Assembly (NCBI GenBank): GCA_017938765.1
Contig: JAGBAX010000028.1
Span: 190,490-254,489, forward strand
Direction: 5' to 3'
From: Alistipes sp.
GTDB taxonomy: Bacteria; Bacteroidota; Bacteroidia; Bacteroidales; Rikenellaceae
DNA length: 64,000 nt
This document shows, piece by piece, positions 19,355-30,097 of this stretch. Below the pieces are notes generated by a model. The model saw only the letters and a program-made list of their open reading frames with translations. It was not told where the DNA came from and ran no database searches. A program made the translations under genes and the position numbers. Each line of letters starts with the position of its first letter. Positions within the stretch are counted from its first letter, which is position 1.

Positions 19355-19384
19355 AGTTTTTGTGTGTTTAGTATAAAATGTTGA

Positions 19385-19768
19385 TTACTTCTCAATAAGT
19401 GCTGTGTACTGCTCTGCTGTAAGGAGAGCCTCAACCTCCGCTGGGTCAGACATCAGAACCTTAACCATCCAGCCCTCGCCATATGGGTCGCTATTTACCA
19501 GAGCAGGGTCGGCATCAATAGCAGGGTTTACCTCCTCTACAACGCCAGATACTGGCAGGAACGCATCAGAGACGGTCTTTACAGCCTCAATAGTACCGAA
19601 AACATCGCCTGCAGCAAGGGTCTCGCCCTCGGTTGGGATGTCTACAAATACGATATCGCCAAGCTCGCTCTGAGCAAAATCGGTAATGCCCACATAGGCA
19701 TACTCGCCCTCTACACGACACCACTCGTGGTCAGTAGAGTACTTCAATTCAACAGGAATGTTAGCCAT
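19385..19768 (-). CDS. gcvH: Glycine cleavage H protein
   Basis: HEWCR, GITDFAQ, EAVKT lipoyl-Lys, DPYGEGW. Confidence 0.97.
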   Translation of the reverse strand: MANIPVELKYSTDHEWCRVEGEYAYVGITDFAQSELGDIVFVDIPTEGETLAAGDVFGTIEAVKTVSDAFLPVSGVVEEVNPAIDADPALVNSDPYGEGWMVKVLMSDPAEVEALLTAEQYTALIEK

Positions 19769-19825
19769 AGTTTATTGTTTGTTTTTAGGTTTTTACACTT
19801 TTATCGTACAAATGTAACATTTTTT

Positions 19826-20551
19826 TCAATTCTTTGCAATAACAAACTCAATTTCTTTGAAAAGATAGCCATTTTTAGCACCTTTTCTATCCTCAACTAT
19901 CAATTCTCCCGTCGGTTGCACGCCCCGAATAGCCCCCTCAAAGAGTTTTCCGTCGGGCAGAGCATAGGTATGCCACTCGTTAAGGCGATAGAGCGATGCG
20001 TGATAGTCGCGCTGTAATCTATCCCACTCTCCCTCGCGCAGTTGGCGGTATCGCTCAGCAAGGCAATGCTCAAAACTACGAAGCAGAGAGTCAAGGTCGT
20101 AGTTTTTTCCCGTCAGCAGCTTGAGCGAAACAGGATTTGGGATGTCGGCAGAAAACTCCGTCTGATTGACATTTATGCCTATGCCGACAACGGTGCGAGC
20201 AAGGCTACTTCCAGAGTAGGTATGCTCAATAAGAATACCCACCGCCTTACGGTCGCCAACATAGATGTCGTTTGTCCACTTTACGGCCGTATCAACCCCC
20301 TGCTCGGCAAAGAAATCAACAAGCGCGAGAGCTACTGCCTCAAGCAGCATAAACTGCTCTTTTACAGGCAGAAAGGTCGGCTCAAGGAGAACCGAGAATG
20401 TGAGATTTTCGCCCGAATGACTCTCCCAAGTGTGTCCCCTCTGACCGCGCCCCGCTATCTGAAAATCTGCCCACACAATATCCCCGTCGTGATACTGAGC
20501 ACCACGAGCAACATCATTTGTTGAGCCGACTGTTCCTAAATGGTAAATCAT
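19826..20551 (-). CDS. birA: Biotin-protein ligase (no HTH)
   Basis: STN, QIAGRGQRG, KWTNDI, KAVGILIE, GIGINVN. Confidence 0.93.
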   Translation of the reverse strand: MIYHLGTVGSTNDVARGAQYHDGDIVWADFQIAGRGQRGHTWESHSGENLTFSVLLEPTFLPVKEQFMLLEAVALALVDFFAEQGVDTAVKWTNDIYVGDRKAVGILIEHTYSGSSLARTVVGIGINVNQTEFSADIPNPVSLKLLTGKNYDLDSLLRSFEHCLAERYRQLREGEWDRLQRDYHASLYRLNEWHTYALPDGKLFEGAIRGVQPTGELIVEDRKGAKNGYLFKEIEFVIAKN

Positions 20552-20558
20552 TTTTTTC

Positions 20559-20652
20559 TGGCTTTTGGCCGTTGGCCATTGGCCATTGGCTTGTCTGCGA
20601 CAAAACTAATAGACAAAAAAGCCAATGGCTAATTGCTAACGGCTAATGGCTA
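20559..20652. repeat. Inverted heptamer-repeat arms between dapD and birA
   Basis: ttggccg ttggcca ttggcca ttggc ... agccaat ggctaat tgctaac ggctaat ggcta; the right arm supplies the dapD stop. Confidence 0.8.
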
Positions 20653-21471
20653 ATTTATCCCAAAGTCGCGCAGTGCATCGTTAAGGGTTGTCTTTTTGTC
20701 TGTAGACTCCTTGCGCTGGCCGATAATAAGGGCGCAAGAGACATTGTATACGCCTGCAGGGAACTGCTTTGGATATGTACCTGGGATGACTATTGAGCGA
20801 GCAGGAACATAACCCTTATAAGTCTTTGGTTCAGAGCCCGTTACATCAATAATATGGGTAGAGCCAGTAATGACCACATTAGAGCCAAGCACAGCCTCAC
20901 GACAGATGTGCGCACCCTCAACAACGATAGCCCTACTGCCGATAAAGCAGTTATCCTCAATAATCACTGGCGCAGCCTGCACTGGCTCAAGCACACCACC
21001 GATACCTACGCCACCGCTCAGGTGTACATTCTTACCAATCTGTGCACATGAGCCGACAGTAGCCCAAGTATCAACCATCGTTCCGCTATCTACATATGCG
21101 CCGATATTGACATACGACGGCATCATAACAGCACCTGGGGCGATATAAGCGCCATAGCGGGCAATGCCGTGCGGAACAACTCTCACGCCAAGGTCGTGGA
21201 AGTTATGCTTCAGCTCCATCTTATCGTACCACTCAAGCTCGCCAGCGCGCATAGTTCTCATCTTCTGAATTGGGAAGTAGAGGATTATCGCCTTCTTAAC
21301 CCACTCATTTACCTGCCACTCACTCCTGTCAAGGTCTACCGGCTCGGCACAACGAAGCTCTCCCTTATCTACCGCCTCAACAACAGCGCGGATAGCTGTG
21401 CGAGTAGCCTCGTCCTCCAGCAGCGCGCGATTCTCCCACGCCGCCTCTATAATTTTCTGTAAATCTTTCAT
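20650..21471 (-). CDS. dapD: Tetrahydrodipicolinate N-succinyltransferase
   Basis: WVKKAI, MPSYVNIGAYVD, TVGSCAQIG, IGGVLEP. Confidence 0.96.
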   Translation of the reverse strand: MKDLQKIIEAAWENRALLEDEATRTAIRAVVEAVDKGELRCAEPVDLDRSEWQVNEWVKKAIILYFPIQKMRTMRAGELEWYDKMELKHNFHDLGVRVVPHGIARYGAYIAPGAVMMPSYVNIGAYVDSGTMVDTWATVGSCAQIGKNVHLSGGVGIGGVLEPVQAAPVIIEDNCFIGSRAIVVEGAHICREAVLGSNVVITGSTHIIDVTGSEPKTYKGYVPARSIVIPGTYPKQFPAGVYNVSCALIIGQRKESTDKKTTLNDALRDFGIN

Positions 21472-21488
21472 ATGCTAAAAATTTTTCC

Positions 21489-21548
21489 CAAAGGTACAAA
21501 AAAGTTACCATTTAATAAAGGTAATGCAAAGAGTTTTTTGTATCTTTG
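21489..21548. promoter_or_regulatory. Divergent promoters for dapD and the prolyl oligopeptidase operon
   Basis: TACCTTTG on minus (21489-21496); TATCTTTG on plus (21541-21548). Confidence 0.65.
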
Positions 21549-21570
21549 TACGCAAATTATTTATATTGGT

Positions 21571-23727
21571 ATGGCAAAGGTATTAAAAAGCATTGCAATA
21601 GTCTTTGTCGCAATAGCTATTTGCTATGCGGCGGGGTATGGTTGCGGTAGAGTGATGAAGAGTATGATGATAAAAAATATTGAATATCCAGCTACAGCAC
21701 GAGAGGGTGTTGTAGACAACTATTTCGGCACAGAGGTTGCCGATCCGTATCGTTGGCTTGAGGACGACAATTCAGAGGCTACAGCGCAGTGGGTGGCGGA
21801 GCAGAATCGTGTCACCTTTGACTATCTGCACTCTCTGCCAGCACGAGAGAAGATTAAAGCGCGCCTTGAGCAGCTGTGGGACTACCCTACACAGAGTGCG
21901 CCATCCAAGCACGGTGAGTGGTACTACATCTCGCGCAACAGCGGACTGCAGAATCAGAGCGTGATATACCGCAAGCGCGACCTTGCAAGCGCAGAGGAGG
22001 AGATATTCCTCGACCCTAACGCCCTATCGGAGGATGGCACGGTGGCTCTAAACACCTCCACCTTCTCTAAAGACGGCAAACTCTTTGCCTACTCGCTCGC
22101 CTCGGCAGGTAGCGACTGGGTGGAGATTTTCGTTATGGATGCTGAGAGCAAGACTCTACTCCCAGACCATATTAAGTGGGTAAAGTTCTCTGGCGCAAGC
22201 TGGGCCCCAGATGGCAAGGGCTTCTACTACAGCGCATATGACGCTCCAAAAGAGGGCGAGGCGCTCTACTCGGCACAAAACACAAATCAGAAGGTGTACT
22301 ACCACCGCATAGGCACTGCGCAGAGCGAGGATAGGCTTATCTATGCCGACCCATCACGCCCGCTACACTACTTTCACGGTGGCGAGAGCGAGGATGGCCG
22401 TTGGATTTTTGTCACTGGCTCGGCTGGAACATCTGGAACGGAACTGCTCTACAAGCGCAAGGGCGAGAGGCGCTTCAAGACCCTCTTTGAGGGCTTTGAG
22501 TACGACTATATGGTGCTTGACTGCTACGACGACACTGCCCTTGTGATGACAAATAACGATGCGCCAAACTACCGCCTTGTCTCTGTAGACCTCAACACAA
22601 GGGTCTGCCACGACCTTATTCCGCAGACAAACAATCCACTGGAGGGGGTAGGCACTGTGGGCGAGTATCTGTTTGCCTTCTACCTTATAGATGCGCAGAA
22701 CAAGGTGTTGCAGTACGACCGCAAGGGTAACCTCATCCGCGAGGTTGAACTGCCTGCCATAGGTAGCGTAGGTGGCTTTGACTCTCGCCGTGAGGATAAG
22801 GATACATACTACGCTGTGGCAAACTACACTACACCGGGCAATATCTACCACTACGACCCTGAGACTGGCGTCTCTACACTCTACCACGCCTCGGAGGTTA
22901 AGTTTGATGGGGAGCAGTACACCACTTCGCAAATCTTCTTCACAAGCAAGGATGGCACTCGCGTACCGATGTTCGTCTCTCACAAGAAGGGGCTGAAGCT
23001 TAACGGTAAAAACCCTTGCTACCTCTATGGCTATGGTGGTTTCCAGATAAACCTCACCCCATCGTTCAGCACTACGGCGGCGATGTTTATGGAGCAGGGT
23101 GGCGTCTACTGCGTGGTAAACCTTCGCGGAGGTACGGAGTATGGCGAGCAGTGGCATAAGGCTGGTATGCTTGAGAATAAGCAGAATGTCTTTGACGACT
23201 TTATCGCCGCTGCCGAGCATCTTATTGCCCAGGGTTATACATCATCCGAGAAACTCGCCATTGCGGGTGGCTCAAATGGAGGTCTACTCGTAGGTGCTTG
23301 TATGACACAACGCCCAGAGCTCTATGCCGTAGCACTGCCTGCTGTGGGTGTTATGGATATGTTGCGCTACCACCTCTTTACTATCGGTCACGGCTGGGTC
23401 GTAGAGTACGGCAGTTCGGAGAATGAGGAGCAGTTTAACTACCTCTACAAGTACTCTCCACTGCATAACCTCAAGGAGGGTGTATCTTATCCTGCAACGC
23501 TTGTCACTACTGCCGACCACGACGACCGCGTGGTGCCAGCGCACTCGTTTAAGTTCGCTGCTACACTTCAGCACTGCCACGCAGGAGATGCTCCAGTGCT
23601 TATCCGCATAGATACCAATGCTGGTCACGGCGCAGGTAAGCCTACGGCAAAGCGTATTGAGGAGGCAGCAGATGTCTACGCATTTATCTTTGAGAATACT
23701 AACACCAAATATAAGACAATCAAGTAA
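21571..23727 (+). CDS. Prolyl oligopeptidase (S9A)
   Basis: VADPYRWLED, GGSNGG, DHDDRV, AGHG; start placed at ATG 21571, downstream of the promoter. Confidence 0.95.
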   Translation: MAKVLKSIAIVFVAIAICYAAGYGCGRVMKSMMIKNIEYPATAREGVVDNYFGTEVADPYRWLEDDNSEATAQWVAEQNRVTFDYLHSLPAREKIKARLEQLWDYPTQSAPSKHGEWYYISRNSGLQNQSVIYRKRDLASAEEEIFLDPNALSEDGTVALNTSTFSKDGKLFAYSLASAGSDWVEIFVMDAESKTLLPDHIKWVKFSGASWAPDGKGFYYSAYDAPKEGEALYSAQNTNQKVYYHRIGTAQSEDRLIYADPSRPLHYFHGGESEDGRWIFVTGSAGTSGTELLYKRKGERRFKTLFEGFEYDYMVLDCYDDTALVMTNNDAPNYRLVSVDLNTRVCHDLIPQTNNPLEGVGTVGEYLFAFYLIDAQNKVLQYDRKGNLIREVELPAIGSVGGFDSRREDKDTYYAVANYTTPGNIYHYDPETGVSTLYHASEVKFDGEQYTTSQIFFTSKDGTRVPMFVSHKKGLKLNGKNPCYLYGYGGFQINLTPSFSTTAAMFMEQGGVYCVVNLRGGTEYGEQWHKAGMLENKQNVFDDFIAAAEHLIAQGYTSSEKLAIAGGSNGGLLVGACMTQRPELYAVALPAVGVMDMLRYHLFTIGHGWVVEYGSSENEEQFNYLYKYSPLHNLKEGVSYPATLVTTADHDDRVVPAHSFKFAATLQHCHAGDAPVLIRIDTNAGHGAGKPTAKRIEEAADVYAFIFENTNTKYKTIK

Positions 23728-23731
23728 CACG

Positions 23732-24988
23732 ATGAAAGTATATAAGTTTGGAGGAGCATCGGTAAAAAATGCCGATGGCGTAAGAAACCTAAAGCATATT
23801 ATTGAGGGTCAGAGCGAGCTATTTGTAATCGTCTCGGCTATGGGCAAGACCACAAATGCCCTTGAGGAGGTCTTTGACTTCTACCGCACAAGCAACATTG
23901 AGGGTGCGCAGAATAAGATTGACCAGATAGCGGCATACCATCAGCAGATTATTGACGAACTTTTTGGCGAGCCACGCCAGCTTGGGCAGGTAGAGGCACT
24001 GCTGAGCGAGCTGCACCGCTTTGTTACTACCGTGCCTTACGACCCTTCACGCGCCGAGGAGCGATATGACCGCATGGTTGCCTTTGGCGAGCTTATCTCA
24101 ACATCAATTATCTCCGAGTGGCTCAACTTCGTAGGCATTGCCAACCACTGGGTAGATATGCGCCGTTGCTTTGTGACTCAGTTCCGCCATAAGGATGCCA
24201 ATGTGCTTATTGAGGAGTCTACTCCACTGCTTCGCCGCGAGGTTGCAGGCTCTGCCGAGCGCGTATTTATCGGTCAGGGATTTATCGGCTCTGCCGCCGA
24301 CGGAAGCACTACGACACTGGGTCGTGAGGGCTCTGACTACTCGGCAGCCGTTGTTGCCCATATCCTTGATGCGGAGTCTATGACCGTGTGGAAGGATGTA
24401 GATGGCATCCTTAATGCCGACCCAAAGATTTTCCCAGAGGCGCAGAAGATTGACGCGCTGAACTATGTAGACACCATTGAGCTTGCATATAGCGGTGCGC
24501 AGATTATCCACCCAAAGACTATCAAGCCGCTGCAGAACAAGAGTATCCCGCTCTATGTTCGCCCATTTGGCAATAAGGAGGCTGCCGGAACGCGTATTGA
24601 CGGCACAGCGGAGGATGTCAAGGTGCCAATTATCATCCTCAAGCGCAACCAGAGCCTGCTCACGCTGCGTTCACGCGACCTGTCGTTTGTTCTTGAGGAG
24701 AAGTTCCCTATTGTCTTCTCAATCTTGGAGCGTTTCCGCATCAAGACAAACCTTATCCACAACTCGGCTGTAGACCTTAACCTCTGCACCGAGAGTAGCT
24801 GGCGTCTTGAGGAGGCCGCAGCAGCACTTCAGGCCGAGGGCTTTGATACGACAATAAACAACGATGTTGAGTTGCTCACTATCCGCAACCATACCGAGCA
24901 GTCGCTCAAGGCGCACACCTTCTCGGAGCGCAACATCGTAAAGCAGATAGACGCTCGCACCGTCAGAGTAATACTTCGTAAAGAGTAA
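23732..24988 (+). CDS. lysC: Aspartate kinase
   Basis: MKVYKFGGASV, VSAMG, TTLGREGSDYSA, DVDG, IHPKT. Confidence 0.93.
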   Translation: MKVYKFGGASVKNADGVRNLKHIIEGQSELFVIVSAMGKTTNALEEVFDFYRTSNIEGAQNKIDQIAAYHQQIIDELFGEPRQLGQVEALLSELHRFVTTVPYDPSRAEERYDRMVAFGELISTSIISEWLNFVGIANHWVDMRRCFVTQFRHKDANVLIEESTPLLRREVAGSAERVFIGQGFIGSAADGSTTTLGREGSDYSAAVVAHILDAESMTVWKDVDGILNADPKIFPEAQKIDALNYVDTIELAYSGAQIIHPKTIKPLQNKSIPLYVRPFGNKEAAGTRIDGTAEDVKVPIIILKRNQSLLTLRSRDLSFVLEEKFPIVFSILERFRIKTNLIHNSAVDLNLCTESSWRLEEAAAALQAEGFDTTINNDVELLTIRNHTEQSLKAHTFSERNIVKQIDARTVRVILRKE

Positions 24989-25890
24989 TGAGTAGTTATC
25001 ACACCCCCGTACTGCTTGAGCAGGCAGTAGCAGAGCTTGACATAAAGAGCGATGGAGTATATGCCGACCTTACTTTCGGTGGTGGAGGTCACTCGCGCCG
25101 TATATTGGAGTGTTTGGGCGAAAATGGCCGTCTCTACAGCTTTGACCAAGACTCTGACACCAAGGCCAATGCACCTGATGATAGCCGATTTAACTATGTA
25201 GAGAGCAACTTCCGCTTTCTGCGTAGCGCACTGCGCCTGCGTGGGGTGACAGAGGTGGACGGCATACTTGCCGACCTTGGCGTATCGTCCCACCACTTTG
25301 ACGCCCTGCCACGAGGTTTCTCGTTTCGCGGTGAGGCTCCCCTTGATATGCGTATGAATCAGCGCGGTGGCGAGACGGCTGCCGATGTAGTAAACAACCG
25401 CACCGAGGAGCAGTTGGCGACAATATTTTCGCAGTATGGCGAGTTAGAGACCACTTGGAAGATTGCCGCCTGCATCGCTCGTGCAAGGGCCGTAAAGCCT
25501 ATAACGACCACTGCCGAGCTTGTAGCCGCCGTAGCCCCATGTACGCCGAAGAAAGATGAGTCAAAGTTTTTAACAAAACTCTTTCAGGCGTTGCGCATAG
25601 AGGTCAATGGCGAGATGGAGGCACTCAAGATGGCTCTTGAGCAGAGCCTTAAGGTGCTTAAGCCTGGGGGACGACTTGTTGTTATCTCCTACCACTCGCT
25701 TGAGGATAGGATTGTGAAAAACTTTATCCGTAGCGGAAATACGGAGGGGAGAATAGAGAAGGACTTTTTTGGTCGTAGCACCACGCCACTGCGCGTTATT
25801 ACCCGCAAGGCGATAGTCCCAACCGCCGAGGAGGTGGAAGAAAATCCACGCTCTCGCTCGGCAAAGATGAGAGTAGCAGAGAAGTTATGA
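24988..25890 (+). CDS. rsmH: 16S rRNA C1402 N4-methyltransferase
   Basis: HTPVLL, DLTFGGGGHS, DLGVSS, FQALRIEVN, SYHSLEDR. Confidence 0.97.
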   Translation: MSSYHTPVLLEQAVAELDIKSDGVYADLTFGGGGHSRRILECLGENGRLYSFDQDSDTKANAPDDSRFNYVESNFRFLRSALRLRGVTEVDGILADLGVSSHHFDALPRGFSFRGEAPLDMRMNQRGGETAADVVNNRTEEQLATIFSQYGELETTWKIAACIARARAVKPITTTAELVAAVAPCTPKKDESKFLTKLFQALRIEVNGEMEALKMALEQSLKVLKPGGRLVVISYHSLEDRIVKNFIRSGNTEGRIEKDFFGRSTTPLRVITRKAIVPTAEEVEENPRSRSAKMRVAEKL

Positions 25891-26354
25891 GTAACAGTGA
25901 CTATATAGACAACAGCACACTTAGCACAACAGATGCCAAGCCTACAGCCGATGATAATACCACCACCCCTCAGGCAGAGCCAGAGATGGATCAGGTGGTA
26001 ATCACTATGCCGGCAAAGCTCAAGCGTGCGCTGATTGCTACCGTACAATTTATTCGCAGCCTTTTTACGGGCGAGGTTATTATCAACCCTACCGTATCAA
26101 AGGGCTACGACTATCTTGCCTATATAGCCTTTCTGATGCTTATAAGCATTGTCACACTCTTCTCGTCACTGCATATGCAGATACGCGAAAATCACCTCTC
26201 GGAGCAGGTACGCCTCACTCGTGAGCGCGCTGTAAGGACGGAGGAGCAGAGAATCAAGGCCACAACGCACTCAGCCATTGTTCGTGCCCTTGCCGAGCGT
26301 GGTATAGATATAACAGACTGCTACGAGCCAGTAACAATAATCAAGAAGGAGTAG
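25887..26354 (+). CDS. FtsL-like cell division protein
   Basis: Single TM followed by a coiled coil; sits between rsmH and the class B PBP. Confidence 0.65.
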   Translation: MSNSDYIDNSTLSTTDAKPTADDNTTTPQAEPEMDQVVITMPAKLKRALIATVQFIRSLFTGEVIINPTVSKGYDYLAYIAFLMLISIVTLFSSLHMQIRENHLSEQVRLTRERAVRTEEQRIKATTHSAIVRALAERGIDITDCYEPVTIIKKE

Positions 26355-26357
26355 ACG

Positions 26358-28619
26358 ATGGCAGACCTTAACAAGAGTTGGCAGAGCCAGATGCACCGTA
26401 GGCTCAATGTGATAAAGTGGGTAATCATACTACTCATTGCAGCCATCTTTGCGCGCCTTGTCTACATCCAGTTCTACGACAAAAATCTGAGCAAGCAGTC
26501 TGCTCGCGTACATAAAAAGCTCATCTCCACCCAGCCTGTATATGCAAAAAATGGGCGTATCCTTGCTCGTGACGGCTCACTGCTTGCCACTACCGTTGAG
26601 CGCAAGAGGCTCTTTTTTGATATGGCAAGTCACGGCTTTGACCGCGAGGAGCGCTTTGTGGAGCACGCAGACTCATTGAGCAAGTTGCTTAGTGCCTACT
26701 TTGGCGAGCACGGCCCTATGTGGTACGCTGATACGATGAAACATATCCACAAGCGAGCTGTAAGGCGCGACTCAATAGACTTCAAGGTTGTAGACCGCCG
26801 CTCGCTCTTTGGAAAGCTCTTTGGCAGCAAGAGGAATATCGACACCCTGCCCATCTACAAAGTCACTCGTCGCCATACATACACCCGCCTATTCCGCGAT
26901 GTAGATGCAAACGAGTGGGCAGAGATAAGCCGCTACCCTATTCTGAACGAGTCTATGGGCGAGGTATACAACGACACAACGACCTTTATTCGCATATATC
27001 CACACGGAGACCTTGCTCGTCGCGTTATTGGTCGCACGAATGTTGAAAAGCCATACGGCATTGAGTACGCCTACAGGGATACCTTGACGGGCAAAAATGG
27101 CAAGGTACACCTGCAGTATATGGCGCCAAACTTCAAGGCAAAGATTGAAAACGACACCCTCAAGACCACCCCTGCCATAGATGGTGCAGATGTTGTGACT
27201 ACGCTTGATATGGAGCTTCAGGATGTTGCCGACCGCGCCCTGCGCCAGAGCCTTACCGAGCAAGGTGGCGAGTGGGGTACTACTGTTGTTATGGAGTGCG
27301 CTACGGGCGACATCCTTGCAATGGTAAACCTACGCCGAAACTCTAAGGGTCAGTATAGCGAGGGTATAAACTACGCCGTTGCGCAACGCATGGAGCCAGG
27401 CTCTACGATGAAGCTCGCCACGACAATCCTTCTGCTTGACAAGGCACATATGTCACCAGAGCAGAAGTACAACTCTGGCTATGGCAGAAAGGTCAAGGTT
27501 GGCAAGTATAACGAGGTTGCCGATTCTCACCCTATCGGCACTCGCAGAAATCCACAGATAGACCTTCGTACCGCCTTTGCCGAGTCAGCAAATGTATATT
27601 TCCTCAAGGCGGTAATAGAGAACTTCAAGGGTCGTGAGACAGAGTACTACAACGCCCTCTGTAGCCTCTACCTTGACCGTCATCCGGGTCTTACAGAGCT
27701 TGAGCAGGGCGCAAATGCCGTCTTTCTACCAAAGCCAGGCAGTGCAAAGTGGTACGGCTCTACGCTGGGTCTACTGAGCTACGGCTATGGCCTTGAGATT
27801 ACCCCTATGCAGACCCTTACGCTCTATAATGCCGTTGCCAATAACGGAACTATGGTAGCGCCACGCCTTGTAAAGAGTATCAAGAAGGGAGATAAGGTTA
27901 TTGCCGAGAATCCCGTAAAAGTGCTCTCTAATCAGATTTGCACCCCGACTACCCTCGCCCTTGTGCGTGAGTATCTGGAGCAGGTGGCACTTACAGGTAC
28001 AGCAAAGGGTTGCTTCTCGGAGGAGCAGACTCCATTCCGCGTAGGAGCAAAGACTGGCACAGCAACAGCAGCTAAGGGTGTAGTATATGGCGAGGGCTAC
28101 CACTTGGGCTCTATGGTTACATACCTGCCTGCCGACAATCCTCGCTACACCTTTATCACTGCCATATACAAAAAGAAGGGCAAGGGTTCAGTGGCAGGAG
28201 CCAATGTCGCAGGACCTGTGCAGAAGCGCGTAGCCACATACCTCTACAATCGTGAGGAGGAGTGGGCCGAAAGGCTTATCGTAAGCGATGTAAAGCAACT
28301 TCCAGTAGATGTTAAGGGCGGAAGCATTGAGCATATCGGCAATGTGGCAAGCCACTTTGACCTTGCTACTACATATACCTCCCCTACGGGCTGGGGAACT
28401 ACCACTACGGGCATAAACAGCATTAGCATCCGCTCCACTACAGCTGACGGTCGCCTTGTGCCAGATGTTATTGGCATGGCTCTGTCGGATGCTATCTTCC
28501 TGCTTGAAAATAGAGGTCTGAAGGTGGAGTTCAGTGGCAATGGAAAGGTTGTATATCAGAGCATTGAAGCTGGCAGTCAGCTTCAACAGGGCGATAAAAT
28601 TAAAATTAGATTAGAATAG
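26358..28619 (+). CDS. ftsI: Class B penicillin-binding protein (FtsI) with PASTA domain
   Basis: N-terminal TM, EPGSTMK (SxxK), SAN, KTGT, C-terminal VPDVIGM PASTA. Confidence 0.9.
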   Translation: MADLNKSWQSQMHRRLNVIKWVIILLIAAIFARLVYIQFYDKNLSKQSARVHKKLISTQPVYAKNGRILARDGSLLATTVERKRLFFDMASHGFDREERFVEHADSLSKLLSAYFGEHGPMWYADTMKHIHKRAVRRDSIDFKVVDRRSLFGKLFGSKRNIDTLPIYKVTRRHTYTRLFRDVDANEWAEISRYPILNESMGEVYNDTTTFIRIYPHGDLARRVIGRTNVEKPYGIEYAYRDTLTGKNGKVHLQYMAPNFKAKIENDTLKTTPAIDGADVVTTLDMELQDVADRALRQSLTEQGGEWGTTVVMECATGDILAMVNLRRNSKGQYSEGINYAVAQRMEPGSTMKLATTILLLDKAHMSPEQKYNSGYGRKVKVGKYNEVADSHPIGTRRNPQIDLRTAFAESANVYFLKAVIENFKGRETEYYNALCSLYLDRHPGLTELEQGANAVFLPKPGSAKWYGSTLGLLSYGYGLEITPMQTLTLYNAVANNGTMVAPRLVKSIKKGDKVIAENPVKVLSNQICTPTTLALVREYLEQVALTGTAKGCFSEEQTPFRVGAKTGTATAAKGVVYGEGYHLGSMVTYLPADNPRYTFITAIYKKKGKGSVAGANVAGPVQKRVATYLYNREEEWAERLIVSDVKQLPVDVKGGSIEHIGNVASHFDLATTYTSPTGWGTTTTGINSISIRSTTADGRLVPDVIGMALSDAIFLLENRGLKVEFSGNGKVVYQSIEAGSQLQQGDKIKIRLE

Positions 28620-28628
28620 ACAAACAAT

Positions 28629-30086
28629 ATGAGACTAAGCGAACTACTAAAAGGGGTAGAGTACTCGGCCATAGAGGGAGAGGCCGACGTAAGGGTTGAT
28701 AACCTTACATTTGACTCCCGCACTGTGACCTCTGGCAGCTGCTTCTTCGCCATTGAAGGAACAGTGTCAGATGGCCATAACTACATAGCAAGCGCCGTAG
28801 AGAGTGGTGCTACGGCCGTTGTATGTATGCGCCTACCAGAGAGTATAGAGACCACATCTACAACATATATCGTTACAGAGGATAGCGAGAAGGCTATGGC
28901 TACTATGGCAGCTACCTTCTACGGCAATCCGAGCCATAAGCTGAAGGTTGTCGGCGTTACTGGCACCAATGGCAAGACCACTATCGCCACACTGCTCTAC
29001 GACCTTGTCCGCAGCATGGGATATGAGGCAGGACTTATCTCAACGGTGGTATATAAGATTGGAAATGAGGAGATTACTTCAACCCACACCACCCCAGACA
29101 CTATCCGCCTCAACGCAATGCTTGCCCAAATGGTAGAGTGCGGATGCCAGTACTGCTTTATGGAGTGTTCGTCACACGCCATAGTTCAGCGCCGCATATA
29201 TGGCATCCACTTCGCCGGCGCGCTCTTTACAAACCTCACGCACGACCACTTGGACTACCACAAGACCTTTGCGGAGTATATCCGCGCTAAAAAGCTCTTC
29301 TTTGACAACCTTACAAAGGATAGCTTCGCCATTGTCAATAGCGACGACCGCAACGGAGCAGTGATGTTGCAGAATACTGTGGCTCAATGCTTTACGCTCT
29401 CTCTGCGCAGCTTTGCTGACTACCGCTGCAAGATTATGGAGAGTAGTGCTGAGGGCATGATGCTCCGTATTGACGATACAGATGTGTGGGTAAGTTTCTT
29501 GGGGCGTTTTAATGCCTATAATCTGCTTACTGTCTACGCTGCGGCTCTGCAGTTGGGCTTTGAGAAGAGCGAGGTCTTGGTACACCTCAGTATGCTCCGC
29601 CCTGTAGATGGTCGCTTTGATATTGTCCGCGCAGCAGATGGCACTATTGCCATTGTCGATTATGCCCATACGCCCGATGCGCTTGAGAATGTACTAAAGA
29701 CGGTTGATGAGATTCGCACAAAGGGTCAAAACGTAACCGTTATCTGCGGCTGTGGTGGCGAGCGCGACACAACAAAGCGCCCAGAGATGGCACAGATAGC
29801 TGTCCGATATGCCGACCGCGCGATTTTTACATCCGACAACCCTCGTAGCGAGGACCCAGAGTCTATACTCCACCAGATGGAGCAGGGTGTGAGCGTGGGC
29901 GATAACTACCTGAAGATTGCCGACCGCGATAGCGCAATAAAGACCGCCATTATGCTCAGCAGTGCAGGCGACATTATTGTCGTGGCAGGCAAGGGTCACG
30001 AGAACTACCAGATTATCGGCAGCCAAAAGCTACCATTTAATGATAAGGAACGAGTAATTTATTGGTTTTCAACATTTAACAGATAA
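28629..30086 (+). CDS. murE: UDP-MurNAc-dipeptide:mDAP ligase
   Basis: GTNGKTT, DHLDYH, DYAHTPD, DNPR. Confidence 0.97.
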   Translation: MRLSELLKGVEYSAIEGEADVRVDNLTFDSRTVTSGSCFFAIEGTVSDGHNYIASAVESGATAVVCMRLPESIETTSTTYIVTEDSEKAMATMAATFYGNPSHKLKVVGVTGTNGKTTIATLLYDLVRSMGYEAGLISTVVYKIGNEEITSTHTTPDTIRLNAMLAQMVECGCQYCFMECSSHAIVQRRIYGIHFAGALFTNLTHDHLDYHKTFAEYIRAKKLFFDNLTKDSFAIVNSDDRNGAVMLQNTVAQCFTLSLRSFADYRCKIMESSAEGMMLRIDDTDVWVSFLGRFNAYNLLTVYAAALQLGFEKSEVLVHLSMLRPVDGRFDIVRAADGTIAIVDYAHTPDALENVLKTVDEIRTKGQNVTVICGCGGERDTTKRPEMAQIAVRYADRAIFTSDNPRSEDPESILHQMEQGVSVGDNYLKIADRDSAIKTAIMLSSAGDIIVVAGKGHENYQIIGSQKLPFNDKERVIYWFSTFNR

Positions 30087-30097
30087 CAGACGACACT

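Noticed and set aside
21472-21570. N-terminal extensions in the ORF track (prolyl oligopeptidase, catalase, lysC, mnmA, lysE, dnaX, dprA)
   Set aside because: The extensions run through promoters, terminators or upstream genes; downstream ATGs fit the family N-termini.
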